Counted from the stretch's first letter, positions 21,901-35,586 are shown. The stretch: DNA of 64,000 nt from Macrostomum lignano (GCA_002269645.1 NIVC01000251.1:496001-560000), one strand, 5' to 3'. Numbers and translations are program-made. Notes: generated by a model not told the origin, from the letters alone.

Positions 21901-22430
21901 GACTGCGAGCTATCAAGAAGCGGCCGGTATCCCCCTTTATGCTGGTTCCAGCTGGCTTGCTTGGCGGTAGTCTTCTGCTGCTGGTGGGGTATGCTCCGCG
22001 CAAGTCTAGTCTGCTTCCCCGCAGAGCTAAGGGCACAGAGCTCATGCAGCGCTCCAACCTGCAGAGGTACCCCAGGGGTCTTGTCCTGCGCTGCCATCGG
22101 ACAGTTTAAGGACCATCGGACAGTTTAAGGAGCGCGTGCATCTGTTCCTTCTTCCAAGACTGGCTCGGCGGTTGGCAAATGGAGCAAACACACATGGGAA
22201 GGAATCGGTTTGCGCGCAGTGTTCAGCCTGGCTAACATTAGTCTATGGCCAAAACTTGTGTTGAAATCAACAGGCTCTTATGGATTCTTGTGCAGTCAGC
22301 TTTCATGGGAGAGTCAATTGCTTGTTTGTCTTTTCCTCACTTTTTTTCTCTAACCTTTATGTACATAACACTGGCCTGTTCACACGCGCTCCTTCGAATA
22401 AACTTTTTCTTGACCACATCATGGAGCTGA
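18914..22430 (+). mobile_element. Degenerate DIRS/Ngaro-type tyrosine-recombinase retrotransposon
   Basis: In order: gag-like ORF with a SAP-like motif (LRERLQGLGLPTYGNKGELIERL) and a CCCH-type finger (ICFDFNKEAGCCRRNCRFSHRC); RT (RLIHDCSRP, KVDLREAYR, RLPFG, YLDDF); RNase H (IESDAC, INYKE, YCDNQA, ADAASR); start of a YR integrase (SLLSASYAPSS.., WGMLRAS). There are many frameshifts and stops, YR is truncated near a 19-bp duplication at 22094-22131, and AATAAA is at about 22397. Ends are approximate. Confidence 0.88.
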
Positions 22431-24022
22431 GATCCGCAGCTTTCATTTGAATCAAGTTACAATTGAAACGGACTGAAATTATGTCCGCTAGAAGACATCG
22501 TAGCAAGGGTTCCGGAACTTTTGACGGACAGTATATTTCCTAGATAAGCCACTCAGCGAGTAGCGACCACAAGCATGCCCATAGAGCCTTTGTATTTCTT
22601 AAAATTTTTGCGACCACGGTATCAGGTCAGTAGCTTGTGCGCGTATCAAGGGATTTTTATGGCAAATTAGCTATTTTCAGGAAAATTCTTATTCAAACGA
22701 AACAGTTAAACATGTAAACGAAATGTAAGAAACAATAAACATCAGAAAGTTTAAATTGAGAGTGGGAGCAGGAGAATCGCCTATTGAGAGTGGCCTATCT
22801 AGGGAATAAGATCTATGCGCTCTGTCTGTCTATCTGTCTAGAGTTACTAAACATGAGTCGTCTTAAAAGTCCTTAAAAATTCTAGAAAGAGTCGCTGGAG
22901 TCACTATAATGAGCTGTTTGTAATGGTAGATTATGTAGTAGGTCACGGAGGTAAATAATGGCCGAAACACGAGTGCACATAGTGCGTGAGTGACTTACGG
23001 ACGTTACTGTGAACTCCGAAGAGGCTAGAGCTCTGTTTGGGAGAGAGAAGAAGCATAGAAGGTTTGCCGAGGGCCAAAATTTCAGCAGAGTACGTGGGTC
23101 GAACCATAGACAAAAAGCGAAGAAATGCTTGATATGAAAAGGTTCAAGTAACGTAACTTAAGTTAAGAAATACCAGTCAAGGAGTTCTAACAATAGAACT
23201 CCCTGGCCAGATCATGGTGCTTAATGCGCGTTCTAGGGTTAGAAGTTCGAGGCGAGCGAAGCGAGATCTGATATGAAATCTGAATTGCCTTTTTGTAGCT
23301 TTCTATCGAGCCGCACGCACTGAATGCGGCGCAAGCCTTTGGGGGCGGGGCGAATCCCCGACTCCCCCGCATTTCAACCATAGACAAATTTTCAATAAAG
23401 TTAAGAATCATTAATGCAAAAATAGTATAGGATTACATATTCCTCGGCTACACTTGATGGCCTTCATTTCGGAGCCCATTCAACGGGTCAGCACTGCTGT
23501 CCAGTAGGATTCAGGCTTGGTGCACACAAATTATAGGGATTAGAGAAAGCTAATTAATATAAGAAGAATAAACCAACAAACAACACATTACAACTAATTT
23601 TTAAGCGTCGATAAAAAGAGCATTATCGAATAATGTGTAATAATGTAGTCGCTGTGCACGAATATGTATTTAGACACACGCATGTTTATATATGCATAGA
23701 AGACCAATTTAAGACGCTTGAAAGATTAAAAGAGCTTATATAAAAAAAGATTTACACATACATCAGGCCAATTCAATTAGTTAAATTATCAATCAAAATC
23801 TGAATTAAATAATTAAAACAATATCCAGATAATAATGGTAGGTTTTCAACTACTGAGAAGCGTAAATTTAGCACACCAATTAGAAATAGTGCCTGTATCA
23901 ATAGTCCTAGAATATATAATATATAGCTAAATCAACTGGAATATTATATAGCAATCTATCAAATTTATTGAGGCATCATAATAAGTTTATAAATAAACAT
24001 TAGTTAGTGCTTAGTAACAAAT

Positions 24023-24211
24023 CAGGGACTTCGCCACCGGGGGGGACATACCAATGCTTTGTCTCCCCCACCCCAACTTGTTAACCCGTTATGGAAATTT
24101 ATAATTTTGCTTTAGGGCGCCAAAATGACGCCAAAACGCCACAATCTAGTCATGTACATGTACAATTCTCGGCTTTGTCCCCCCCCCATAAAATCCATGG
24201 GGACGCCCCCG
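24023..24211. mobile_element. Second copy of the hAT-like MITE (shorter)
   Basis: Shares GGGGGACAT, CTTTGTCCCC and CATAAAATCCATGG.GACGCC with 18487-18774. Flanks TAACAAAT / TAACCAAT form a 7/8 TSD. Confidence 0.65.
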
Positions 24212-24431
24212 TAACCAATAATTATGAAAAGAGATAATATTAATAGTGCAACAGGCTTATTATAACAGTGATAATGACTCCCCAAATAATACACTGGATA
24301 ATGGAAATTCAGCGAACATATTCCTTATTAATATGTAATTTGTTTTTGCCATTATTTGCAAACAGCAGCACCACCCTTTCACTTCATTTCAATGAATCCA
24401 AAAGTGAACGCCAAGCCAGGCAGATTAGACG

Positions 24432-27400
24432 TTAATCCCGACGGAAAGTCCTACCGGACATTGTCTTCTTCTCCTTCTGCTCATTGGCATAGGACGGCCT
24501 GGCTCTATTAAGGATGGACAAGAACTCGTTAGTCTTGGCCCGCATCCGCATATGAATGTAGACCTTGCTGCACTTGATATGATAGTGCAGATAGTTGCGG
24601 AACATGTGCACCAAGTCGATGGTCTTGTCGCGAGCCTCCGGCGATGTGTGCCGAGGAAACAGCACGAAGGTGACGTAGGCGACATTGTCAGCAACCAGAG
24701 CGTCAGTGCCGGCAATGCTCGACGGCGGATTCTTATGAGAATAGAGCACCTGCGGCGCCTGGTTGAAATCTCTGCGCGATTCAACAAACTCTTGAAGGAA
24801 CACTTTGCCAACAATGATATCGTCGGGGTCGCGGAAAACCACGCTAAAGATGACGGTGACGCGGTCTGGGAGCGCCTCGACGTACCTGAATAGATGGGGA
24901 AGGTAAAAATATAACACCTTACTTACACCTGCAACTAAAATACCCCCAGCCCCACCGGACACTCAACGGCCAGAAAATTGTTCGTATAGGGGGAGTGCCT
25001 GTGCCAAGTCGCACCTGAACCGGTTTAATTAGTTCTCCCTGAGATAGATATGTATAGATACACGTTTGCGCTTCTACTGTGGGACTTACCCCATGCCATC
25101 CCATTCTTCAGGCTCTTGAGTATGATGACACCCCATCCTTCATGTTCTTTAATGTGAGTGAAACCCCATCCTTCAGGTTCTTCAGTGTGAGTGACACCTC
25201 ATCCTTCAGGTTCTTCAGTGTGAGTGACACCCCATCCTTCAGGTTCTTCAGTGTGAGTGACACCCCATCCTTCAGGTTCTTTAGTGTGAGTGACACCTCA
25301 TCCTTCAGGTTCTTCAGTGTGAGTGACACCCCATCCTTCAGGTTCTTCAGTGTGAGTGACACCCCATCCTTCAGGTTCTTCAGTGTGAGTGACACCCCAT
25401 CCTTCAGGTTCTTCAGTGTGAGTGACACCTCATCCTTCAGGTTCTTCAGTGTGAGTGACACCCCATCCTTCAGGTTCATCAGTGTGAGTGACACCCCATC
25501 CTTCAGGTTCTTCAGTGTGAGTGACACCCCATCCTTCAGGTTCTTCAGTGTGAGTGAAACCCCATCCTTCGGGTTCTTCAGTGTGAGTGAAACCCATCCT
25601 TCAGGTTCTTCAGTGTGAGTGAAACCCTATCCTTCAGGCTCTTCAGTGTGAGTGAAACCCCATCCTTCAGGTTCTTCAGTGAGAGTGACACTTCGTCCTT
25701 CAGTGAGAGTGACACTTTATCCTTTAGTGAGAGTGACATTTTATCCTTCAGACTGAGTGACATCCCATCCTTCAGTGTGAGTGCACCCCATCCTTCAGGT
25801 TCTTCAGTGTGAGTGAAACCCTATACTTCAGTGAGAGTGACACTTCGTCCTTCAGTGAGAGTGACACTCCATCCTTTAGTGAGAGTGACATCTTATCCTT
25901 CAGAGTGAGTGACACTTCATCCTTCAGTGAGAGTGACACTTCATACTTCAGTGAGAGTGACACCCCATCCTTCAGTGTGTAACACCCTATCCTTCAGTGC
26001 GAGTGACACCCCATCCTTCAGTGTGAGTGACACCCTATCCTTCAGTGCGAGTGACACCCCATCCTTCAGTGTGAGTGACACCCATCCTTCAGTGTGAGTG
26101 ACACCCTATCCTTCAGTGAGAGTGACACCCTATCCTTCAGTGTGAGTGACACCCCATCCTTCAGTGTTAGTGACACCCTATCCTTCAGTGTGAGTGACAC
26201 CCTATCCTTCAGTGAGAGTGACACCCTATCCTTCAGTGTGAGTGACACCCCATCCTTCAGTGTGAGTGACACCCTATCCTTCAGTGTGAGTGACACTTCA
26301 TCCTTCAGTGATGGTGACACTTCATCCTTCAGTGAGAGTGACACCCCATCCTTCAGTGAGAGTGACACCCTATCCTTCAGTGTGAGTGACACCCCATCCT
26401 TCAGTGTGAGTGACACCCTATCCTTCAGTGTGAGTGACACTTCATCCTTCAGTGATGGTGACACTTCATCCTTCAGTGATGGTGACACTTCATCCTTCAG
26501 TGAGAGTGACACCCTATCCTTCAGTGTGAGTGACACCCTATCCTTCAGTGAGAGTGACACCCCATCCTTCAGTGAGAGGCACGGGACTCCAACGCAGAAT
26601 AACTCACAGGGTCTCATCATCACGATAGTGAATCACAGCCCTCTGCTCGGCGTCTCCACCAGCGGCTTGCAGATTAAAATATTTTTCAAAAACGCAGGCA
26701 AAACAGTTGCGCTTAAGCATAGACGCCTGCATAACGAGTTCTTTGTAGTTGTCTGGCAGATCGGTTAGGCGATAGCAAAGCGTCACATTGTAGCCTGGTT
26801 CGGTAGTGTCCAGCAGATAGTTGCCATATCTGGCTTTCAACAGATCGTGGGCACCATGGTCCTCCAGTTCCTTGAAGAATTTCAAGCTAATGCTCACCTG
26901 CATGTAGATTTTGTTTGATTTTACATACGATGAAAACGGGACTTTGACCAGAATCGTTGCAGGTAACACAGGTAAAATAGGAAATAAGTGACTCTAGACG
27001 ACTCTAAAACGACAAGATGTCTCGGCAAAAGTCACTAAAAACTCGCCTAAGCATACATGCGCAACAGTCGGCCGAGTCGGCCGACCGATTTGGCGGCCAA
27101 TCAAGGAAGTCGCAAAAATGCGACTTTTTTGGTAGTAAAAAGTACTAAGTAGTAGTACTAAGTAGCTGACGAGGCATTTTGACTTAATAAGACAGTCATA
27201 GTTACTCTTGCCGTTCACCCAAAGGGTTTTTTACATGTAAGTCGCATTTTGGCCAAAAACTACGTCGCATTTTTGTTAAAACTAAGTCGCATGGCCAACC
27301 GAATTTTGGAGGTTGCGCATGTATGCGCCTAAGAGTCAATTTGAGGCTTTTTGAATTAGAATCGCATTTTGCAATTTTAATGTCAACTCCGATTCTTGTC

Positions 27401-30400
27401 ATACTAACGCCTTCAATTGGAATCACAAGATAAAGCATTTCAACTCACCCAGATGACAAAACGATCCTGACCAGGATTGCTAATATGATAGATGGCGCCA
27501 TCAAAGTCGGCCACTTTGATGTCCACACTGTCAGGTTTGGAGCTGTTTGGAAGTAAAATTGAGTGACAAAGAATTTTCTTATTTCAGGTTTTTGCTTTAC
27601 CAGGATGCCAGGTAACATTAGTCCATAAGTTCAACAGTACCCTTTTACACTGCTGAGCCTGTCTGACCCAAAAAAGTTTGCAGAATTCATGTACTTACAG
27701 ATTACTTTAAATTTGGCAATTGATAGAAGTCTTGACATCCTAATAATTATAAAACTATTGGTAGTAAACTAATTATTAAATTTTGAAGAATTGAACCCTA
27801 AATCAAATAAAAAACTTAAATTAAATTTGATCTAGGTTAGATCCTAAATTTAGGATTTAAATTTAGGATACTAAATTAATGTTGATATATTCTAACATGC
27901 TATAGCAAAAAATCTAGTTGGCAAGTCTAAAATAAACTAGTTATATATTTTATAGACTTATGATACCTAGGACTTTCAGAAGAGCTCAATATATATAATC
28001 TAGCCTATCTGGCTAAGTTAAGACTATATTCTAGCCATAGATCAAATCAGATTTGGGCCTAATTAGATTTTGAAATATAATAGAAAAAATACAAATGGCC
28101 TAAACACTTGTAATGTGTTAGTATAAGCTGCCACACCACTGGTACTATTTTGCTTTGATTGCCCAAACTGACACCCCATATTGCACAAAAGGTATCCTGT
28201 TGGAAAAGTTATGCACTTGTGTAGGCATAAAAGGTGAGAGAGGTGCACAAAAGAGGCACTTTAGTGGCCTATTTTGTGTGTGTTTTGGAAATGCAACTGA
28301 GTGCACCTTTTATGCCTAAATGTTACCAATATTTTTTAAAAGAGGCATGAAAGATGTACAATCAGTAAAGTGGTCAGGCATTAGGGGAATTATCATTTCG
28401 AAATTTTGGTTATATTTTAACAATTTAGACATTGATGATCATGCTACACAAGAAAGAAAATCTATAGGAAGTGAAAGGAAGTGCGGTTCAAAGACTCAGT
28501 GGGGAGGTGAGAATTGCATTTTCTACAAAAAAAGATTGTGCGGGGCACACTGTTCCAGGCCTTGTGCTACACCCACCTCAACCTCCACAAGCCCACTGGC
28601 TGAACTCATCGGCGTGGATTTTAATTGGCTAAAGACTTAAAGCCTTAATGAAATGGATATAGGCTACTTGCATCTAGATCTTCAGCTTAAACAGTGGTGA
28701 AGTATAATACAACTTCTACTATATTTCTATGTACAAGTGTATAATACATATAATACACCAGCATTTTCTATTTCGTATTTTTAAAGTAAATTAAATCTTA
28801 AGTATTCTGGTTTAAACATATCAAAGATACTTTTTATAAAACATGTAAGCTTATACATGCAGAGGCAAGGTGTTAACCTTTTTGCATGATTAGTGAAAAA
28901 GTAAAAATTTGTTAAGCTCAAAAATTTCGATTTTGATTCTAAGGAACCAAAAATTTTGATTTCGATTTCGATTTGAAAAATAATTTCAATCCATCACTAC
29001 ATTAGTGAGGAAAAGTTTCAAATCTTTCCAAAGAATAGTGAGAAATAGTAGCAAAGCACTTTTGCAAGTTGGAATGCCCCTTGCATTGCTTCTATGCCTA
29101 AAATGCCCACTGTGCACCTTTTGTGCCTCCAATGCACACTATATACATTTTTATGTACCTCTACTATAGTGCAACTTTTGTTTACCTTTCACTCTATTAA
29201 TACCCCCAATTCCTACTTTGTTCACCTTTTGTGTCTCCAATGCATACTGTGCACCTTTAATTCACCCAACTCCCCTATGACACCTGTGCCCCTACCACCT
29301 ACTTTGTTACGTTCCAAAATCAAAATTGAAATTGAAATTTTATGAAATCAAAATTCAGAAAAACAAAGTATAGCATGACAAACACTCACTTTTTACTATT
29401 TATTTACTGCTCATGCAAAACAAAATACACGTATATATAGTGGAAATTAGTTTATTTTCAGCCACTGAATAAGTAGAATCTCTCATTGCCACTTTGAATA
29501 CAAAAACTTTTTTAACATGAAAACTATATATAACCATTGCTGCCCAGTTGTATGTATACATAATGCAATCTAGTATATACATGTAGTACCCATTGAATTT
29601 TGAGTTTTTAAAGTAGGCATGAAAGGTGAAGAGTTTTACACCTTCTGCCTCACTTTCACCTCTTTTATGCCTATTTTGTGCCACTTGTGCACCGCGTGTT
29701 CACCTGAGTGGCTCTGCAAGGTCAGAAGGTGAATATAGGGCACGAAATAGGTGGTAGGGGCACAGGTGTCATAGGGGAGTTTGGTGTATTAAAGGTGCAC
29801 AGTGTGCATTAGAGGCACAAAAGGTGAACAAAGTAGGAATTGGGGGCATTGGTGGAGTGAAAGGTGAAAAAAAGGTGCGCTGTGGTGGAGGTGCATAAAA
29901 AGTGTACCTGGTGTGCACTGGAGGTACGAAAGGTGAATAAAGGTGCACAGTGTGCATTGGAGGCACAAAAGGTAAACAAATGGTGCACAGTGGGCACTTT
30001 AAGTGTAGAGGCAATGCAAGGGGCGTTCCAACTTGCGAAAGTTCTTTGCTACTTTTTCTTATTATTCTTTAAACAGATTCAAAGCTTTTCATCATTTTTC
30101 GGAACTTTTTTGAGTATTTGAAAGTTATTAAAACTTATCAGTATAGGAAATGTTTACTTTTGTGGTTTGTCAGGATCAGGAAGGGGATAGCAGCGATTAG
30201 TATAGGTATAAATAAAGCTTTTCTATGTTCAATCTGTGTGTGAAATGTACGAGTATGTAACTCTCAGTTAATTTTTGTTACTGATTATTAATGCGTTAAT
30301 TTGTGCATAGGCATGAAAGGTGAGCGAGGTGCACAGAAGAGGACTTTTGGGGTCTATTTCGAGCGTGTTTTGGAAATGCACCTGTATACATATTTACGCT

Positions 30401-33400
30401 GCAACATGTACACCTTATACACCTCTAATTCACCTTTTGTGCACTTTCTGCGCCCCTTCAGCACCTTTACTGCCCTTACCGCAGCCAATCAAAATTGAGA
30501 ATTCACCTACTGCCTGACCACTTCACCAATTTTACACCTTTCATGCCTCTTTTCAAAAATATTGGTGACATTTAGGCATAAAAGGTGCACTCAGGTGCAT
30601 TTCCAAAACACACACGAAATAGGCCACCAAAGTGCCTCTTTTGTGCACCTCGCTCACCTTTTGTGCCTCTGCAGGTGCATAACTTTTACAACGGGGTAGT
30701 GGTAACTGTATGAAAGGATAGATAACTGCATGAACTATATGGAGGTTGTGCATGTATATCATAGAAGCAAGCAGTAATATATATGTATTGATTACCATAT
30801 GACAACTAGCAATAATTGTGATAGTGTAAATCATACTCATGTTTAGGCGTAACCTTGGGATTTACTCAGCCATTTCTATTGGCAACACACACATGTAAGT
30901 TGCTATTGGATGGAATAGTAGTCACATGATTGCTCTTAGCCAATAGTGACTTGAATGTGTATATTGTCAATAGAAACAGCCAGATGATTCCCAAAGTTAC
31001 GCATGTATGACCATACTGCATGTATAGGCCCTATGTATATTTTGTATATATTTCATGGCAGAATAGCCAACTCTCAGTTCAAATACATGCACTCTATACT
31101 TGTGGCAATCGGGTTGCCACTTCGATTTTTTGGCCGAGCCCCTGCCAGCCATGGCTGCTATTGATGTGGAAAGTGCAAGGTTTTGCAGATTTTTTTGTAG
31201 GGCATCCCCACGCATGTGGCAGTTGCCACTTCGATTTTTAAAAATTACTTTAATAATTTTTGCATTCAATTTACTAAGTTTTTATGAATTTAATTGCATG
31301 CCCCAACTCCCAGAAATTTTTGCATATTGTTTTCCAATAGTTGTTTATTTAGTCACTTTCCCGTATGTTGTCCTTTGTCCCAATTTTTGTTCCTCCAATT
31401 TGTCCCACCTATAAATCCATGTTTCCCCACTCTTGTTTGTTATTTTCTTTTCTTTAAATTTCTGTGTAAAACTGCCTTTGCTCAACCTTGTGCCCACTCC
31501 TTTGCCCAACCAGCTGCCTAGCTACCCGTCCAAGTTTCGCCCCTATAGTTGAAATTTATACTAACTATTTATATTTCACGTTTCAAGCGCTGCTAATTCA
31601 GACTTGCTCTTTCTCTCTCACACTCACTCTCTTTTTATTCTTGCATTTTTAGTTTGTTCATCTACCTTACTCCGGCTTTGCTTGTCAAATAATTTTGATT
31701 GCCTGCTAAATATTATTTTAATACTCAGTTAATAATAATAATTAATATTAAGCAATAATACTTTCATTAACTAATAAGAAGCCTATAGCCTATTTTGAGT
31801 CTTTTGCCCATGGGGCATAAAATAACCAAAGTCTCATCTCAAAGAAAGCTCTAAGACCATACATTCCATAATATGTAAATTATGGTGGTGGCGGCAACTA
31901 CCCTACTGAAAGTAACAAGCTCAACAAGCCAACGCATTAGATTACAGTGTCAGAATCTCCGGTGTTTATCAATTGAACGACCGCACCACTATACAACCGC
32001 TCTGCTACAATTGCAACTACCCTCCCCCCAGAACTTGAGGACCTGGCTGTCGGAGTAAAACAGGAGAAAGTAATTTGTTGTGATTCTTTTGCGTGATTTT
32101 CTAGAACCATTTGTGCAAACTCAATGCTGGCGACAATTCAAACGTGGAATCCACCTCACCTCACTGGTGTTAGCAACTAATTTTCAAATAAACCCATTCC
32201 AAAAAAAACTTTCTCTGCCTCTACCTTATACGGTAATATGCAATATATTAGCAAATGCTTTTATAGCTATTTAAAGTTCTACAAAATTTATGAAAATTTA
32301 CTGTTTCAAAAACTGCATGTATGCAAGCTCAAAGAAATAGCGGCAATCTTCAAGTTTCATTTGTTAAATTATTTTTTCAATGATTTCTGAACTATCTTGC
32401 TCTGAGATGATTATTTTCGAGCTCTCCAGTGTACCCAGCCTTTTCCTAGCTGAGAAAGTAGCAGCTTTGTTAATATTAACCTCTAAGGTACCATAAAGCC
32501 GGAAATATAAGATGCAAACAAGCAAAGCTAACATGTAACGCTGAGTACAAACAGACAGAAATAGTAACACAGTGGGGTACAACAGGGGCAGTAGTAGCAG
32601 TCCAGTTCAGTAGCAACATAAAGCACATAGAACTCAATGCTTAGACATTATAGTAATGTGCAATCCAGTATAGGATGCTACTGGTACAATAAAAGTGGGT
32701 GCCGCTGGTCATCCTGCCATAGTGTATTAGTCTTATAGTCCATACTCAGGAAGGTGGCCTGCACACAGGAATTTTCCCGCGTACACAAGCCACACTAAAA
32801 TTTTGGCGTGCAAATAGGGGTCTCAAGCCACGCCTAAATTTTCAGCGTACAAGTTTTTTACTTGGCGTGTAACCTTGGCGTGCAATAGAGGTTGGACGGG
32901 ATTGAAATCTTCGGGCGGGATCGGGATTGGGAATAATTTTTTTCTCGGGATCGGGATTCGGGAATCGGGATCAGGTCTTTTAGTGTATTGTCCATGTAAA
33001 GTTGAACAAAATTGAGAAAAGATTGTAAAGATCAAGAAGTAAAACACAACGAAATTGATATGAAGTTTTGTAACCAACAAAGTAAATAATGTAGCGAGTA
33101 CAAGTTAGAGCAAAATACCTTCAAGTAATCACTAATTCTATAAATTTTTAATCAAAAGACCTGTTCCCGAATCTCGAGTTTTTTAGGGTCGGGAGTCTGG
33201 TCCCGCGGGAATTCAATTTTCCTCAGGATCCCGAGATTTCGGGATCAGGATCGGGATCCTCTCCGACCTCTAGCGTGCAATTACAAACTGACAGTATATC
33301 AACAAGTCAAATATAGATGTATACACTATATATATACAATATATAAAGTTAAACGTGAACAATTGAATTTGAATATTGATTAAACCAACTAGTTGAGGCT

Positions 33401-35586
33401 ACAGCCTAGCCTACAGCCAGGCCTACACTCTACAGCCTACATTAAAATTAAAATATCCAATAACTTTTAAACACTCTTATTTTGTGACTCTTGTAAACTT
33501 TTAGTTTATTTGTTTCTTGAAATGTGAAGAAAAAGTTTTTGATACTCACTATGTTCTTTGTAGCAAATTTCCTTTTTTTATATAAACTTTGTTTAACATA
33601 AGTAGAAAATTTATTTAAAAATAGTACCTAATATGGTTAATATTCAAATCACACATACATGAGGCGTACATGATTTTTGGTATTCAAGATTTTTGGCGTG
33701 CAACAGAAACGTCATGTTAAGGGTTTTAAAAAATTGGCGTACATTGGCGTGCACCAAGGATTTTTCCATAAATTGATTCCCGCGTGCACTTGCCACCTTC
33801 TTGACTATGGCTTATAGTGTATTAGCTACTTGTCTATTAACTGCTTATGATATTATTATTAAATTACTATTATTTACTATTACTATTAAAATGCCACGTC
33901 AGTGAAAGCCACGCCATCATTACGTTATCGTAATATAGGCCATAGACATTCCTTTGCCTACCAACGGCTTTACGGTACATTCAGTGTTGGGCACTTCCGT
34001 TACCGAGTAACTTGCAAATGGTAACGCAAGTTACTTTTTCGTAAAGCGTTCCTTACGCAAGTTACTTTTTTATTTTAGTAACGGAGTAACGGTAAGTTAC
34101 TCAAATTTCGGAAGTCCGTTACAGTTACTTTGCAACAATCGCAATATTTAAATTTAAAACTGAAATGCTTAGCTATTACGCCGGTTGTCACATGTTTTTG
34201 CATTTTTCATTACTAAATTCAAAATTAAGTGAATAGTATCACATAGTATTGCGCTTAATTAATGAAGAAATACTTGAAACATGTTTTACTTTGTTAATTT
34301 CGGTAAAATATTTTCGCCTTTCATTTTTAAGTTACTAAAAATTTTCAAGGTTGATTCAAACAAGCAACCAAAGAAAGAAATTCATCTGTAGCCTCCACAA
34401 GACCCTCCACTGGCACTGCAGTACACTACACCATTTTATACAGTTCTATTTATTTTAATCTATTGAATTATTGATATTCGTTTATTTTATCATTCATAAT
34501 TTTAATTATTGATTGCCATTGCTCATTGGTCCTTACTTGCCTCACATCGTGTCGCCAATTTCTGTCTCTGTCTGTTAATCGGTTAATCCCAATGCCCAAT
34601 GGCAAATTTCGGTAACAACAATGTGAAAAAATGTGCAATGTGAAAAAAGCAGAAAATTTTGTTAATAATATGGGTAACGGAAGTGAGTAACGGACAGTAA
34701 CTTAAAAGTTACCGGGTTTTTGTCTAAAGTTACTAGGCTAACGTAAGTTACTTTTTAAAAATTGGTAACTTAAGTTACAGTAACGCAAGTTACTTTTTTT
34801 GAGTAACTTGCCCAACACTGGGTACATTAGATATATAATATTAACAAAACTGCTACTTTCTCAACTAGGAAAGGGCTGGGTACACTGGAGAGCTCGAAAA
34901 TAATCATCTCAGAGCAAGATAGTTCAGAAATCATTGAAAAAATAATTTAACGAACGAAACTTGAAGATTGCCGAAATAGCTCATTAAAAATTGTTTTTTG
35001 ACTAGGACCTAGGTTCAAAGCTAACCTATTGAAAAAGTTAGCTTTGAAACAATGAAAATTGTCTTTTGAGCTTATGCTGTATCTATTACAAAAGATTTGT
35101 TAAGAATTGAAAAAAGTATATTATATTATTATGTTTGCATATTAATGACTTTGTCTTTAGTTTAATGCTAGTAATAATAGTATAGAAAGTACTTGTTTTA
35201 TTTGTTTTAACAATATATAAAAGCCTCTATTTTGTGAGAAAGGGCTTTTATAAGTCTTCTAGAAGTCTTTTTTATGAAAAATATTATATAGTTTGTTTTT
35301 GTTATTATCTTAAACTTGATTTTACATTAAATGAATAACTATTTGGGGGCCAATATAAGCTCTAGTAACTTTATGATATTTGATTTAATAATAAAGAGCA
35401 CTTAGTTACACAAGCCATAACTAGAAATACCAATAAAATAAGCAGCATTGACTTAGTCTAAGAGAGAAAGTATGAATGAAATAAATTAATTAAAAAGATT
35501 ACTCACTTAGGGTCCTGTCTAACTGACTCGATTCTAGGGATCAAAGTTTCAACGACGCATTGGTTATTAACTTCTAGCAAAATCAT
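24432..35586 (-). CDS. ARPC2: Actin-related protein 2/3 complex subunit 2 (p34-Arc), 4 exons, 305 aa
   Basis: Exons: 35586-35507 ([26 protein letters not shown]), 27542-27449 (..[13 protein letters not shown]..), 26897-26608 ([33 protein letters not shown]) and 24885-24432 ([35 protein letters not shown]..). All junctions are GT-AG and in phase. It matches the recognised ARPC2 sequence throughout. Confidence 0.97.
25120..26580. repeat. Minisatellite in ARPC2 intron 3: 33-bp units grading into 24-bp units
   Basis: GTGAGTGACACCCCATCCTTCAGGTTCTTCAGT (33 bp) to about 25680, a mixed zone, then GTGAGTGACACCCTATCCTTCAGT (24 bp). Confidence 0.95.
28203..30692. repeat. Nested inverted-repeat (foldback-like) structure in ARPC2 intron 1
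   Basis: Outer IR about 28203-28385 vs 30500-30692. Inner IR about 29035-29306 vs 29744-30068. A further copy at about 30308-30380 is inverted to 30595-30672. The arms are built from GTGCAC/AAAAGG modules, and boundaries are approximate. Confidence 0.7.
32740..33810. mobile_element. Non-autonomous TIR element with 8-bp TSD CTTATAGT
   Basis: TIR CCATACTCAGGAAGGTGGC vs GCCACCTTCTTGACTATGG (2 mismatches). TSD at 32732-32739 and 33811-33818. Confidence 0.8.
32886..33272. mobile_element. hAT-type MITE, 387 bp, 8-bp TSD GCGTGCAA
   Basis: Termini TAGAGGTTGGA / TCCGACCTCTA and many subterminal CGGGAT repeats. TSD at 32878-32885 and 33273-33280. Confidence 0.85.
33982..34820. mobile_element. hAT-type non-autonomous element, 839 bp, 8-bp TSD GGTACATT
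   Basis: Termini CAGTGTTGGGCA / TGCCCAACACTG and subterminal GTAAC/GTTAC repeats. TSD at 33974-33981 and 34821-34828. Confidence 0.88.

Larger units (their letters stand above)
32342..34972. mobile_element. Non-autonomous long-TIR element (GG..CC termini, 8-bp TSD GAAATAGC; Merlin- or MULE-like) hosting nested insertions
   Basis: TSD at 32334-32341 and 34973-34980. TIR is about 140 bp, or about 165 bp once the hAT insertion in the right TIR is removed. Confidence 0.8.

Noticed and set aside
18800-22500. Split direct repeats or inverted terminal repeats for the YR retrotransposon
   Set aside because: None found by eye, so element ends and the DIRS versus Ngaro subtype remain unresolved.
25079-26768. 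SDTPSF / LKDGVSL ORFs
   Set aside because: They lie in ARPC2 intron 3 and are translations of the 33/24-bp minisatellite.
24432-26969. ORFs 24432-24962 and 26604-26969 as separate genes
   Set aside because: They are exons 4 and 3 of ARPC2, and their N-terminal extensions are intron sequence.
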